In this document: one piece after another, positions 12,770-26,020 of the stretch
Layout: every line of letters begins with the position of its first letter
Numbering within the stretch: position 1 is the first letter of the stretch
Source: Amphiscolops sp. MND2022
Lineage: Eukaryota
DNA length: 64,000 nt
Assembly (NCBI GenBank): GCA_964187785.1
Contig: OZ076421.1
Coordinates: forward strand, 36,022,001 to 36,086,000
Direction: 5' to 3'
The notes under the pieces: generated by a model
Databases searched by the model: none
The model's input: the letters and a program-made list of their open reading frames with translations, nothing else
Told to the model about the DNA's origin: nothing
Position numbers and translations under genes: made by a program

Positions 12770-13117
12770 GGAAACTGTCTCCTATGAGACCTTTTTTTTC
12801 GAAAATTTTCTCATTACACCAAAGAGTCCTCCTTCAATTTTTTGGAAATTTTGCAACAGACTGAATGTTAAAAAATCTCAAAGGGTCCCCTTTACATTTT
12901 TTGGCACTGTGACACTGTTCAAAATTCTCAATTTTCGTTTTTTTTTTCGAAAATTTTTAATGTCTCCAAAGGATCTTTCCCCATCTTTTGTCTCCACATC
13001 TTTTTTTCATTGAACTTGAGTTTCAAAAATCCCAAATGGTCCCCCTTTTACTATTTTAAAAACTTTGCTCTTTTGGGCTTTAGATATAGCGCCGACTTTG
13101 GCCGTTCCCGTCTTGTT
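12770..13117 (-). mobile_element. Family-1 interspersed repeat (Helentron/DINE-like), partial
   Basis: Conserved terminus tagatatagcgccgactttggccgttcccgtcttgtt ending at 13117; internal aaagggtcccct motifs. Confidence 0.8.
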
Positions 13118-13397
13118 CTATGTTTATCCGATTATCATTGTCCCTTTATTGGAAAGCGTTGAACACAAACAATTACTGGTTTTATCCGTGTTTGAACATC
13201 AGTTACCGTACAGATGTTGATTTTAATGTCGGGCTTTTGATAATTGTTCAAACTTTGGCCATTTAATAATTGTAATTTCTGTAGGAAGGTGTCAATGGTA
13301 GGGGTTCAATTTTTTAGGGCCCAGGTAATATCCCAGACACCCAAATATTACCCTTTACCGTATAACGTCTTTTTTGTAAAGTTTAATTTTCTTTCAG

Positions 13398-14612
13398 GTC
13401 ATCTTCAAGACCAAATGCTGTGAAAATTCTTGAATCCGACGATGATACTACTTGCTCAACTTCGGCGGTTTTGAGTGCCGTCTTGAAAGAGCCTGGGCGA
13501 ATCTTCTCTGTCGTGCAAGCTGACGTGAAGAACGGACGTCCTCCTTTAGTTTCAGATGTCGAAGTCAATCTGATCAAAAGCGTCAGCATTGTGACAACAA
13601 CGAAAATTCTCTATATCGGGTTTCCTTTCACTGTTTTCTCAATTCACGCATTCGATGATAACGGAAACTTGTTCACAAGCATCGAGGGTATACCCTTCAC
13701 ATGGACCGTTCTGCCGGACTCAAAAAGCGAGTACCCCGAACATACAGGAAAGTACGTTCTGAGAATCCTCAAATGGTCCGAAGTTTCCAACGAACCCCCA
13801 AAAGCTATCTCTGCTTTGGAACAGAAGGGCGAACGCGGAAGTTCTGTGGTGATATCAGGGCTGAAGATTGGAGTTGCGTTTATAGAGGCCAAAATTTCAA
13901 GCCCTGTGTATCCTGAAGTGCATGCTAGCAAGGTTCGCGTGATTGTGAAAGACTTCTTGATAATGAAACCTTCTGGTTTTGTGTCCATCATGGTTCAACA
14001 AATTCTCGAAATTGAAACTTTCAATATGAACTATAACAAACAATCAAAACTACAGCTACCAACGGATACCTACTGGCTCGCTCTGAACAAGGGAAACAGT
14101 CATCTGAAGTTGCATGGAGATATCTCAAGTGTTGAAGGTCTATCTCTGGGTGAAACATCAGTATGCATAGCCAGTACCATTCCAGACGATGACACTGGAC
14201 CGTGTTTGGATGTTCTTGTCACGGAACCCGATTACGTAATGTTCACGTCACAGCCGGATCACGATTGGTTACTTGAAGTTGGGCATCAGTATTCGGTGCA
14301 GGTTTTGTTCTACGACAAAAATGATAACCTTATACATCCGAAAACTTTGGTGGCTGCGACCAAATACGAAAATGAATTCGTTCGAGTTGATACAATGGCT
14401 GAAAACCAAACGTACTTCTTGGCCACGCCTTTAAAAGTTGGCCAGTCCAGTTTCAATAGTCAGCTTCAATCAGTGATTGGTTTAAACAACCAAAAGATTT
14501 CATTGGCTGAGAAGTTCAAAGTTCAGAAGACGCAGCTGTTCAAAATCATAGAGCCTGTGGAAGTCACTCCGAAAGTGCTGGGTTTCATTTGGATGCCAGA
14601 TACAACCAACAG
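13398..14612 (+). CDS. NUP210: Nuclear pore glycoprotein 210 (gp210), internal exon
   Basis: Acceptor ctttcag at 13397, donor at 14613; SRP..CSTSAVL..IVTTTKILY..HAFDDNGNLFTSIEGIPFTW matches the gp210 N-terminal Ig repeats. Confidence 0.9.
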
Positions 14613-14841
14613 GTTTGATTGATTTTTGTTTTACTTTTCAATTTAAAAAAACTGGCATAATGACAGCTTCCACTATTCGATCCTTGCTAAATTTCCTCGG
14701 AAATTTTTTGTGGTCTTTACAACTATTTTGAGGTGAAAAAACCATTGCTGCGCCAGGATTTAGATAACATTTCACGCTCAATAAAAAGTCTTCGAAAAAT
14801 TCATATTTGCTGGATTTCTCTGATATCACTTTTTGTTTTAG

Positions 14842-17800
14842 CTTTTTCTATCAACTTGAAGCTAGTGGAGGTTCTGGGAGTTATCGATGGGAGTCTGACA
14901 ATATCCGAGTCGCAGCCATTTCCAAACAAGGAATGTTGGAAACTACTGGGACGCCTGGAGAAACGAGCATCACTGTGACTGATCGGCAGATGCCTCGCCA
15001 TTTTGATACTGCCAAGGTGTACGTTGGATTACCCGGGAAAATAGTGGCGTCGCCCTACCATGTTGAAAGCCAAGTCAACTCAGATCTTTTAGTCCCCATT
15101 CGGGTTTTCATCAAAACCGAAGCATCTGCAAAGGATAAAGACCGAAATGATGAGCTGATAGAAGTTGTGGATTGTGTTGATTTGCCTCTAAAAATATCGT
15201 TTTCTAACCCACAAATTTTCCAGTTTCTGTCGGTTGTTCCAAAAGCGGAAGATGAACCTTATAATTACGGCTGTGGCTCGATCTGGCTAAATACAACTGG
15301 CGCAGGCTTCACCCAAATGACAATTGGTTTGTTGGACATCCAAAGTATTGTCACCCTGGCTGGGTTTTCTGAGCTGAAAATTAAAAATTTGGATGACACT
15401 GTTGTTCTTTCTTTGGGTGCTTCTGTCCCTATCACAACCAGTGGAGGACTACTACCTTGGGAATTGGACCCATCGAAATTTTATAGAAACGCAAAAGTTT
15501 CAAATTTGAAAGTCATCAAACAATTACCAAGTTCTGAGAATTTGAAGTGGGTTGAGAAATCTGTGTTCAATTTGGCATGTAGTGAACTCGGCGAGTCGAC
15601 CTTTTCCGTTACAACTGGTAATCACCCCACTGCGCATAACAAACACCCAAAAAGTGCTTCGGTTGAAATCAAAATCAGGTGTGCTTCACCGTCTTCTGTG
15701 AAATTGGTCCCAGAACCTTTTATCCCGGATTGTCCACCGTACCGAAATATGCACTCAGAACCTTTGCCAGTTCTAGTTGGTGAGCCTCAGACGTTTCTGG
15801 TTGTGGCTAAAGATTCAAGTGGAATGGCCTTTACTAACTTTTCTTCTCTCGGAAATACGATATCCGGCTGCAAAGATGCCGCGATCATCAATCAGAAAAA
15901 TTTTCCCCATATTGCAGTTACCTTCAATAAAGTTGACGATTGCCAGCTAGAGTTGACTATCTCTGGGTACCGCAAGATGTATACATTCAGGGACATATAT
16001 GACCCCGTTTCAGTTTTGCTTTCGTTATCTGGGAAATTATCCCCTAAACTAGGTAGTCATACGGTATCAATCTTCAACCACCCTTCTAACGCTAAACATG
16101 TCCCTATGATTGACGGGTCTGGGTATTTCAATCTGGTTGCAACTGCTGTTACCCCGATCTCTGATCTGAGCGTCGATCAAAAGAATTCTTGGATTGCCAT
16201 CAAACCCATCAAAGATGGAAGAGAAGTTTTGAGCATCACCGATATGTGTTTCCCCAAACTACCATCAATGCAGTTGGAGATCGTAGTTTCGAGTATTGGA
16301 ACGATTTTGGTGCGAAGCAAGCGTATAATGCAACTGAACAGTTCAGATATTCTGGAAGTTCAAGTTATGGACAGCAATGGCTGGAACATCGAATCGAAAA
16401 TGTTTGATGTCATTAATTTACAGTTGGTTACAAATAATGACAAAGTGTCGTTCACTCAATTGACAGCATCGGAAGTTGACGAAGAAAAGAGCAAATTTTC
16501 GCGGTTCTACAAAACTGTGGCTCGCAGTGTCGGGACTCTGCAACTTCATTTTACAGCTAAACTCACATCTGGAGTTATCTCTAGTCTTCAACATGATATA
16601 CAAGTGTTCAACCCGTTGACTGTGGATCCTTCTGTGGTTTACATGTTGGTGGGTCAGTTTTTCCAGATCCAGACATCCGGCGGTCCTCAGCCTCTTCCAA
16701 GTTTACATTACCAGTTGGACTCAACTAAAGTTGGCAAAGTTCATTCTTCTGGGCTGTTTGAGGCTTTAGAAATCGGGTCCTGTCTTGTGCATGTAAGCAT
16801 CATAGATAGCAATGACATGGATGTGCTGTCAAAAGTCACTGTGGAGTTTCATGTCGTGGAGTTGACAAGCATTGAAGTTAACGTAGCGCTGCCGAGTTTC
16901 CCAAGTGAAGCCATCATACCTGCTTACGTCACAGGAAATGGGGGTAAGATAAGCCCTTTGACCGCAAACCTGAACGTAAACTATGATTGGTCCGTTTCAA
17001 ATACTGACGTCATCAAATTGCTCCCTCAGCACGAGTACTCTGGAATCCAGCAGGGCCAAACTGGAAACTTTGCCGCTAGGTTGTTGGCTCTGACCAATGG
17101 GAGGGCCACGGTTTCTGTCACAGTGACACAAAACGGGAACACACCAAAAACCAAATCCATCTTTCCCCGCAACGCAGCTCAGTCTTTAACCGCCCAAGCT
17201 ACTGTCTTCGTATATGACCGTTTAGCTTTAGTTCAACCCAAACTCTGTTGTCGTAATAGCATTTTCATGACCACAAAGTCTTCCATGTTTCTCAAGAGCA
17301 ACGTCAACTTCGTTAACTACAGGCTCTTGTATCAAACCAACCCGAAACTTGTTTCAATTGATTACAGAGGTCAACTATCGTCAGGAGAAACAGAAGGACA
17401 GTCTGTATTGACCGTTGAATGCAGCGAAGACAATGGAATCAATCAAACAATGGTGGTTACTGTGGAAGTAAAAGCTGTCCATTTCATTCGACTCCAAACG
17501 GCACCGGTTTTCTCTCCTGCGTCGAATGCGATGCAAGAATCATCAGTGACGTCAATGATTCCTCAAGGAATTCCTCTAACCTTGAAAGCTTCGTTGCACG
17601 ATGACCAGGGAAACGAATTTGATGCAACTGATGCTAATCTCAAAGTCAAGCTGAATCGTTATGATATTGGCCAAATCAGTTTGGATAACAGCAACAATAC
17701 TTACGTGTTCCGTAATTCGGCGCCCGGAATGTCAGCCATAGGCGTCTCGATGCAGAGCCACAAAGGTGTTCTCTCTGATTACGTAGCTTTGCCCGTGGGC

Positions 17801-18962
17801 GATGTTCTCATCTGTCCGCAACCAGATTCAATCACAGTTGGAAATGTTTTTTGTATGCAGTCGCCTTTTGGAGGTCAAGGATCGTGGTCTTCAAGTTCAC
17901 CTGACATCTTGAAAATAGACCCACAAACTGGTGTTGCAATCGCTTTGGGTTCGGGCTCTGTTGAAGTAAGTTACGTGTTCCCCAATTCGAGACTTCGCAC
18001 ATTCAAAAAACTTGCAGTCAACAGCGCTCTGAAGCTAGAACTCACGCCGAAGCAGAATCCTATAGTGTATCCTTCCGGAGACGTGAAGTTCAAGTTTGAT
18101 ATCGGAAGCAATGTTTTATGTCCTGATCTTGCTTCGACTGAAACTACTACTTTCAATACATCGTGGCTGAAATGTTCAGCGTGGTTTGAGGCACATATTG
18201 CGCATTTGAATACCCAACTATCTGTTAAACCATCGTTCTCATCTGAAGATGGATTTTTCTGTCAACTGGAAGTTCTTTCCACCAAACCGGAGCACGTCCA
18301 ATCTCTGGCATCCGTTTTCGGGCACGTCAACGTACAAGCTACCATTTTGCCATCGCAATCTAGACGAGCGGTTTCTTCTAAAATTATCCAGCAACAATTT
18401 GTTCCAAGGTTTTATGTGGCAACTAAATCAGTGATTTTGAGTAACCAGTACCCGTCTGCTGAAATTGTAGTCGAAGCGAACGAACAGGTTGCTAAAGATT
18501 TGCAAGTTACAGCCAAAAGCGCTTCGTTACTATCAGTCACGAAGTTGGTGAAAGACTCAACTGTGAAAATATCCATTGATTTATTGCCCAATGTTTTCGC
18601 CCAAGTCTCTGAAACAGTGAACACGGAAATTGAAATAACATGCGGAATTTCGGCATACTCGCAAACAGTTACAATCATCATCCAGCGATCAAAGTTCGCG
18701 GCATCTGACAAAATGGCGAAAGCCTCGGACTCTGAAGAATTTTTCAGCTTGATTTACTTCTACGTGCCTATAATCCTGACTGCGGTTTGTCTCTTATTTG
18801 GGTATTACATCACGTTGTTGTACAAACAGCAGAACAAGTTGATCGATATTTCGGTCAGTGAAGCCGCCATGTCGCACTCTCCCTACCGATCAGCCAGGTT
18901 GAATGACACCAGTTTCGGAGGGGGTGATGCAGTTGGCTTTCTGGACCGAACAGGACCTCCTG
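14842..18962 (+). CDS. NUP210: gp210, 4.1-kb exon (Ig-like repeats, TM helix, start of cytoplasmic tail)
   Basis: Phase-consistent acceptor at 14841; YQLEASGGSGSYRW, IQTSGGPQP, GQGSWSSSSPDILKIDPQTGVAIA; TM LIYFYVPIILTAVCLLFGYYITLLY; donor GTTAGT at 18963. Confidence 0.93.
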
Positions 18963-19339
18963 GTTAGTGATAACACCAAGAATCATCTTATTTCTTCCAA
19001 TAGAAACCGCTCTTAAATTCAAAACGTAATATTCACTTGAGACTAGGCTTATAGAAATACGGTGTTTCCGAGATTGCCGAATATCTGCAAAATGGTTTTG
19101 ACCAATTATTGCCGACAAATGAGCGGTTATCGCTTGAAGCTTTGACCTATAAAAAGGTGTTTTCCTTAGAAATCGAAAAAGTGATTGAGGTAGATGGACA
19201 AAATTTTTGAAGGTTTGTTCATAAATTCGTGAAAATTAACAGTCGATAGCTTGTAAATGGTACATTACGATACATATGCCGCAACGAACTAGCAAGATCT
19301 TGCTAGTTCGATTAACAGCCTATGAAAAACAAGTTATTA

Positions 19340-19994
19340 TACCTTTTGCCAATTGAATTCATCAAACGGAACTTTAATTTCAACATAGCGGAATTTTGAT
19401 TTCAACAAGCAGCCTTCCGGAACTTTAATTTCAACACAGGAAATTCATTTTCGACACGTGAATTTTTTCTTCAATATTTGAAAACTTTAATATTTAATAT
19501 TTGACAATGCTCCTAGTCTCAGGAATGTTGAGAATGCGTCTGGACTTATCTCCATCAAAAGATTGCCAAAATATTCCCCATTCCTCAACCCGATTGAGAT
19601 GGCATTTTCGTCCTGGATGGCCGCTATAAAAAGAGAATTGGCAAATAAACAAGATTTGTTTATAAATATACCAGAAACACAACTTCAGGGTAGAAGTCTG
19701 AAATTGTACCGTTTCGAAATGGTGAAGAAGATCATAGAAGACCAGGCTGTCGTTATTGACACTGCAAAATGCAAGGAGTGGCACAATAATGCAATGACAT
19801 TCATTCCAAGATGCATCGCGGAGGCAGAAATACAATAAATCAAACTTTCTTTCGTTATTTTCTGTTTTTGTATATTTGTCAAAATTGAATTTCCTGTGTT
19901 GAAATTAAAGTTCCGGAATGCCTCTTGTCGAAATCAAAGTTCCGCAGTGTTGAAATCAAAGTTCCGATGTGTTGAAATCAATTGACTAAAGGTA
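19340..19994 (+). mobile_element. IS630/Tc1/mariner-type element, internally deleted, in the last Nup210 intron
   Basis: TA flanks at 19338-39 and 19995-96; ends TACCTTTTGCCAATTGAATTCA / TGAAATCAATTGACTAAAGGTA; long TIRs with repeated GGAACTTT(A/G)ATTTCAACA; ORF 19563..19838 carries LPKYSPFLNPIE. Confidence 0.88.
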
Positions 19995-20512
19995 TAGTAA
20001 TTTTTTTAAATCATTCAATGTCAACTTGTGTTAATTTATTAAACTGTCTAAGTTATGAAACGAAGCTGTTTATATGGTCTGTAAATGATGCGCTGCGATC
20101 TAATTGAAATACATAATCCTTCGGTTGTAACGTCCTCTGGATGCAAGATTATTATTCACGCTTCATTTCAAGAAATTAGGTAATTCGCTTTCGAACTGCA
20201 TTATGTAATATAACGACTAAACGCGTAGCTTCTGATTCCGGTGAAGTATCCATTTACACATTGTGAAGAAAAACTCGGGCCAAGAAACGGGATCTCCGAG
20301 CTATAAGCCAATTCATCCTTTCTAGGCGTGAAAACTTTCGATCACATGATAAACAAACTGGCCAAAAAGCGGAATTTCGAGCCGTGTAAGTTATATATAG
20401 CACATTGCTACTTGGCATAATATCAGTACATTCGGCGCCCTATATTTTGATCGAGTGATTTTTTTTAAAAAAAAGGTTAAAAATTTAACCAAAATGATGA
20501 CTTTCGCTCCAG

Positions 20513-20697
20513 GGGCCACCCCATTTCCTCATGGTATGAGAAGAAACATTGGTGTGAACCGGTCTCTGACTAGTACCCTGGAAGACAGCATGAGTGTTCC
20601 CAACTCTCCTTGGCCATCGAACAGGACTTCGCCCGGCCGAGTGCAGCTCTGGTCCCAGACTTCTTTGTCGCCCTCTGACGCCGGAAGGGGTTCTTGA
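20513..20697 (+). CDS. NUP210: gp210 terminal exon
   Basis: Acceptor ttcgctccag at 20512 is phase 1, matching the 18963 donor. S/P-rich tail ...SPGRVQLWSQ... contains the LWS motif recalled from gp210 C-termini. Confidence 0.8.
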
Positions 20698-22398
20698 AGG
20701 CGGTGCGAGCGAAGAAGTTCAACATTTCTGATTTGTGAAAAAATGCTGAAGATTTCTACCTACCTGCTTGATGAACCAAAACTTCGACAACAAACTGACA
20801 AGTTGTGATCGGAAATCGGTAGCAATGTGCCAAATTGCAAAAAAATGCTTGCCATGAAATTTGAAACTGCTGTATAATGAAGACACTGATGTTTATTCAA
20901 GGTCTGTGTTTCAACTCAGAAATTAGAAAGTCTGTTTAATGACTTACTGAATGCACAAGCTTTTTGAAAAATGTCTTTTTTTGCTATGAATTTTTTCAGG
21001 TTTTTGTTCCCTTCCTAAATTTTCCCTCCATACATTATGTTACACGTAAATGCTTGTGAGCTGACTTGAAGCACCTTCCTTCCTGTTGTTTTGTTTTCCT
21101 ATTGTCCTTTATGAAAAGATGAGATTGGATGTATTATCCAGTTTCGAACGTTTTTGAATTAATCAAAAATGCTGGAAACAGTAATCATTTGTATCATTGG
21201 CTCTTGAGTGTTGTTGAGTCTATTTTACTATCTGATATTGGATGTGTTTGAAAAAGAAATCAATTTTGTTAGTTTTTGTTGTTTGTTTTCAATTTACTTT
21301 TTCCAACTCATTTTTTTCTTATCACTCTGGTTTCGCCGTAGTTACTATTATTATTGATAATTATCGGACTTTTTTTCTGGCAAAAGAATCCTGTGCAAAA
21401 TAAGGCCCTCAAGGGCTAATACACGCTCAGCAAGGAAATTCAGTTCAGAATATCTGATAAAGAAAGGAGTTGATGAACAACTCTAAAGATACGGATCTCG
21501 AGAGACAAACAATAGCTACAAAAGACTTGCGCTACGCTAGGAACTATAAATACGGTTTGATATCCTTGCAAGTAGCCTTCGCGAAATGAAAAAAAAATCG
21601 GTTGTTGCGCATAATATTTTAGTTTCATGAAATGGAAAAAATTCGCACCGGAAAGTTGGTCCAAACAAACTTCTATTGTATGAAATCAGGAAACTTAAAC
21701 TGATTTGAGCATCAGTATGAGGATCAAACTTGGTTGTAAAGTCGATTCGATTGTCGCTAGGTGAAAAGCAGCTGAGAGATTCCAAGAAAACTGTTGACAA
21801 CTTCGAACTCAGGACCACTTTTTGCTGTACTTTAATAACTTTGCCGATGCTTCCTTTCTCTAATTTTGCTTATCGAGGAATGAGAAAGAATCAGATTTGA
21901 CGCAAAATGATACATTAATGAAAATTGATAATAAATTCATTTTTTTCAATTGAATTTTATTGATGTATCTCTAGAAATTAAATCGTAAAATGAGATATGT
22001 TAATGCCCAATTTTTGTTGTTGAAACTACTTGTACTGACTGCAGTTTTCGCAAATTTTTCAGTTAATATTCAATAGTTTCTTACTAGAGATTTTTGATAG
22101 TGTTTCGCGTTTCCGTTGACATGAATAACAATTCCACTGACACTGCGAAATTTTTCGTTTCCTTGAGTAAAAAATTGAAAAACGTAAAAAAAATTCTTCA
22201 ATCTCACATTGTCAAAAAATGTCCTGTTGAACTGTTAACGAGAGCAAAAACATGATTTTTTGGAGGACATTTATTATGACATTTTTATGACAACGAAATT
22301 TAGGGATTAGGTAAAACCACGCTTTGACAAATAAGACTTACTTAAAATATTGTATTTGCCTGAGTGACATTTTCTTGAGCTGCTCCTGGGCAAATTTT

Positions 22399-22865
22399 AA
22401 CAAGCCGGGACCGGCCCAAGTCGGCGCCATATCCAAGGCTCAAAAATAGCAAAAGGACATCAAAGTTTCAAAGTATTCTCTTCTACAGCACTAAAATTTT
22501 TTTTGAAAAAAAGTCTCACAACGCCGAAAAAAAATTGAAAGGGGGGACCCTTTGGGATTTTTCTATACCTAGTCTGTCGCAAAACCCAAAAAAAATTGAA
22601 GGGGGACCCTTTGGGGAAATTTTTTTTCCGAAAAGTCTCACAATGCCGAAAAAACTGAAAGGGGGACCCTTTGGTCTCGTCCGGCATTGTATGTTATGCG
22701 GGAAACTTTTTGGTTCTGTTCCCTGGGCCAACAGGTGAAATTTGAAATTTTGCAGAACTTTTGGTAGAACTATTTTGGTCAGTTCAGGTGGTCTGAAAAA
22801 AAACACTGACGAAAAGCCATGACTATAGTCGACTCTTTTCTCTAGAAAAGCGCCGACTAAAAATT
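22399..22865 (+). mobile_element. Family-1 repeat (Helentron/DINE-like)
   Basis: Starts aacaagccgggaccggcccaagtcggcgccatatc; internal aaagggggaccctttgg array; ends tagtcgactc..gcgccgactaaaaa. Related degenerate sequence continues to about 23200. Confidence 0.85.
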
Positions 22866-24054
22866 GAAGGGGAGCCTTTGTTGTAACAAAAAAATCGAAA
22901 AAATGTCTCATAGTGCCGAAAAAAAATTGGAAATGTCTAACTTTGGACCCTTATTATGTTTTCCAGGACGTCCGTTTGTTTTTTTTGTTTTGCACAAGGT
23001 TCTGGGATTTCGAGTGTTTTGAACCTCCCCCAAGTTGTTGAACAAATGAACTGAACAAAAAAGTGGACCTTTCGTGTCTAAACAAAACTACCCACTGTAA
23101 GAGCCGGGCACATTTTCTACTAAAATGCTCCGACTAAAAACGGCGCTTCTTGAACTAGGGTTGGAGCGCCAACTTGGGCGTTTCCCGGAGGTTTGTTTTA
23201 AATTGTAGAAACTTCTGGTACTAAGTTTAATCATACGTGAAATATCACGAACAAAGTCTGGACATTTCCCTCAAATTTCTGCTGTGAAAGATAAAATTGA
23301 ACTCAGGAAAAGAAGTGACGAACTTCCATTGTGACGAAAACGCTCTCAAATGAACTGAAGGGAATCACTTCAGCTCAGAAGACTCTGAAAATTGAAAATT
23401 AGGATCTTAATTTTTGAAGAAAATTTTAAAAGTTTGTGTTCAAAAGCATCATTGTGAAGACCTGGGAAAAGTTAGTAGCCTTGACCCAATCCACAATGAA
23501 TGCCTGGCAAAAAAGGAAATTACTAAAAAAGATGAAAATCTCTACTGTAGTTGGTGGTTTAGTGAAGAAATGGATTTCATGGGATAGGTGAAAATATTCC
23601 AAATTTTCTCTTTTTTCAATCCTGTCGAAGTCATCATAAAAATTCTACAAATTACAAATTGCCAAAATGATTTAAAGGCCCTCCCTTTTATTTTTTCAAC
23701 ATATATTGGTTTATTTTCGGCACTGTGCGGTTGTCTTTTTCGGCACTGTGCGGTAATGAAAAAATTTCAATTCCACAAAATGGTCCCACCTTTGGTATTT
23801 TTGATGTTTCCTATTTTTAAAAAAGCCTTCTTGAACCCGAAGGGCTCCTTATAATAGAAGAATCACGATATAAATTGGCCATTTTGTGCTACAATTCGAT
23901 ATTCCACATACGTTCAGTCCCTGTTTCAATAATGAAACATTGAACATCTACGGATTCTGTATGTTGTCTTACAGATAAGCATGTCATTTTAATCTTGATT
24001 TGCATCAAGTCGTAGTTGTTCGTAAATGGTTTTCTAATTGTTAAAGACACTACC

Positions 24055-24175
24055 ATGCCTGAGACAATCCAGCCTTCATTTCTGGGTTTCGATTTCAGCA
24101 CGCAGCAGATCAAGTGTGTCTGCACTGATGAGGGTCTTTCTGTGATTGCGACTTACCACGTGACTTTTGACCAAG
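24055..24175 (+). CDS. XYLB: Xylulokinase exon 1
   Basis: MPETIQPSFLGFDFSTQQIK; donor gttag at 24176 (phase 1). Confidence 0.92.
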
Positions 24176-24339
24176 GTTAGATTTAAGTAGATTGTATCAA
24201 TAAGTTTCTGTCGTGGGAATGACAATATTAATGGCAGTGATTTGACGTGTATAAAAGTTTCCGGTACTCGGCATTTTAAGTATAACATTCAAAATTTTGT
24301 GTATGTAACGGTAGGTATTTCGAAGAAAATGCACGACTC

Positions 24340-24859
24340 TTACAGTGACTAGTTTTTTTTCGTCAGTTCAACGCGATCGGTCCACTTTTTTGTTCATTTG
24401 GTCAACATCATCAACTTGAAATACGAACGTCCAAAATATACTCGAAACGACAAAACGACGAAACCTCGTCCAAAACAAAAACATTGACGTCCAGAACCTC
24501 GAAAACATAGGATCCCATCTTTGGTTTTTTTCACTCGGATTTTTTCGGCACTATGCATTTTTTTTGAAAATTTTTGGATTCCACCAAAGGGGCTCCCCTT
24601 CGTTTGTTTCGATATTTTGCAACACAATGGATGTCAAAAAATCCTAAAGGGTCCCCCTTTTACATTTTTCGGCACTGTGACACTGTTCAAAAATTTATTT
24701 TTAATTTTTTTTCGGACATTTCTAAAAATCTCTCAAGGGTCCCCCTTTAATTTTTTTCATATTTTGCAACCAACTGGAGTTTCAAAAAGCCCAAAGGGTC
24801 CCCCTTTCACAATTTTGAGCCTTAGATATAGCGCCGACTTTGGCCGTTCCCGGCTTGTT
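24340..24859 (-). mobile_element. Family-1 repeat in XYLB intron 1
   Basis: Terminus gcgccgactttggccgttcccggcttgtt at 24859. Confidence 0.85.
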
Positions 24860-25655
24860 TCATCTTTAGATATAAATTGTATTTACCTAAAATATTCTTA
24901 ATGAAGAATAATAAAAAAATCTAAAACTCGTACAAGCGAACTGTCGATCGAATCACTGTTTGATAAGATTGTTTTGATTAACTAAAACTCTGAATTCCAT
25001 CTTGTTGAGTTGGATTGAGGTATAGCAATTTTTATGCGTGCTCAATTAGTTTACAAGCTTTCCCATCGTTTATAATACAGGCAGAACTTGTCCGGTATTG
25101 TAGAAACCAATCGTGTATGTGTATTCTCTAGTATCTTTAACTGAATACTCGAGTAACGGTAATACACAACAAATCACTGATTAATGGAATTTGAATTTAA
25201 AAAATACTGAAATATCGAAAGGTGCAGTGACAACTTTAAAGTTATCATTAATAATTGGAACAATTTTGTTCATCCTTTTTTATATTCTGAATAATTTTAA
25301 TAAAAAACGACCGTGAGCACTGAAAGTCCGATTTTAGGATAAACAGCGGGTATTGAAACCCTTGTTTAAGATGGGAGAGTCGGGAAAGAGGTGTCAGATA
25401 CGCTGCAAACGGCAGATTGCAAGTAAAATGAGAAACACGTGATTTCCAAACACTCCATGAATCTGTTCGATTTGTACTTTCCTGATAACAATGGAAACAA
25501 TTCCCAGTTTTTCCCATAACTATTTCTCCAGATCCTTTGAATGAGTGAAGTACCGAAGCTATTGATTGGAAAAATGATCACGAGACTCCAATGGCATGAA
25601 CATATTTTAAGCACTTGGATGATTTATAATCTTACGGTACAGTGTTATTGTGCAG

Positions 25656-25807
25656 ATGTGCCTGAATACGAGACGTCAGGGGGTGTGAACAGTTGTGTGG
25701 ACGAGGTCAGTGGAAGAGAGAGGGTGTGGGCTTCTCCTCTCATGTGGATGCACGCTCTTGACCTGCTGCTGACCAAAATGAGACACAATGCCGTCGACTT
25801 CTCCCGA
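25656..25807 (+). CDS. XYLB: Xylulokinase exon 2
   Basis: DVPEYETSGGV...SPLMWMHALDLLL...DFSR; GT-AG phases consistent. Confidence 0.92.
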
Positions 25808-26020
25808 GTATTTCACTTTATTCACTCGTTTTTCACAGGGTTGTGTCGAACAACGGTTGAGTTTTAATTGGTTCTGAATAGAAATAACAAAAGGCACAGT
25901 GGTACCGCGAAAAACGAAGCGGCAAACCGCAATTGAAAAATTCCGCGAAAAGCCGCATTGAGCCTGCAAAAACCGAATGTGTTTTCCGGAATTATTGATA
26001 AAGCTCATTTCTACAAGACC

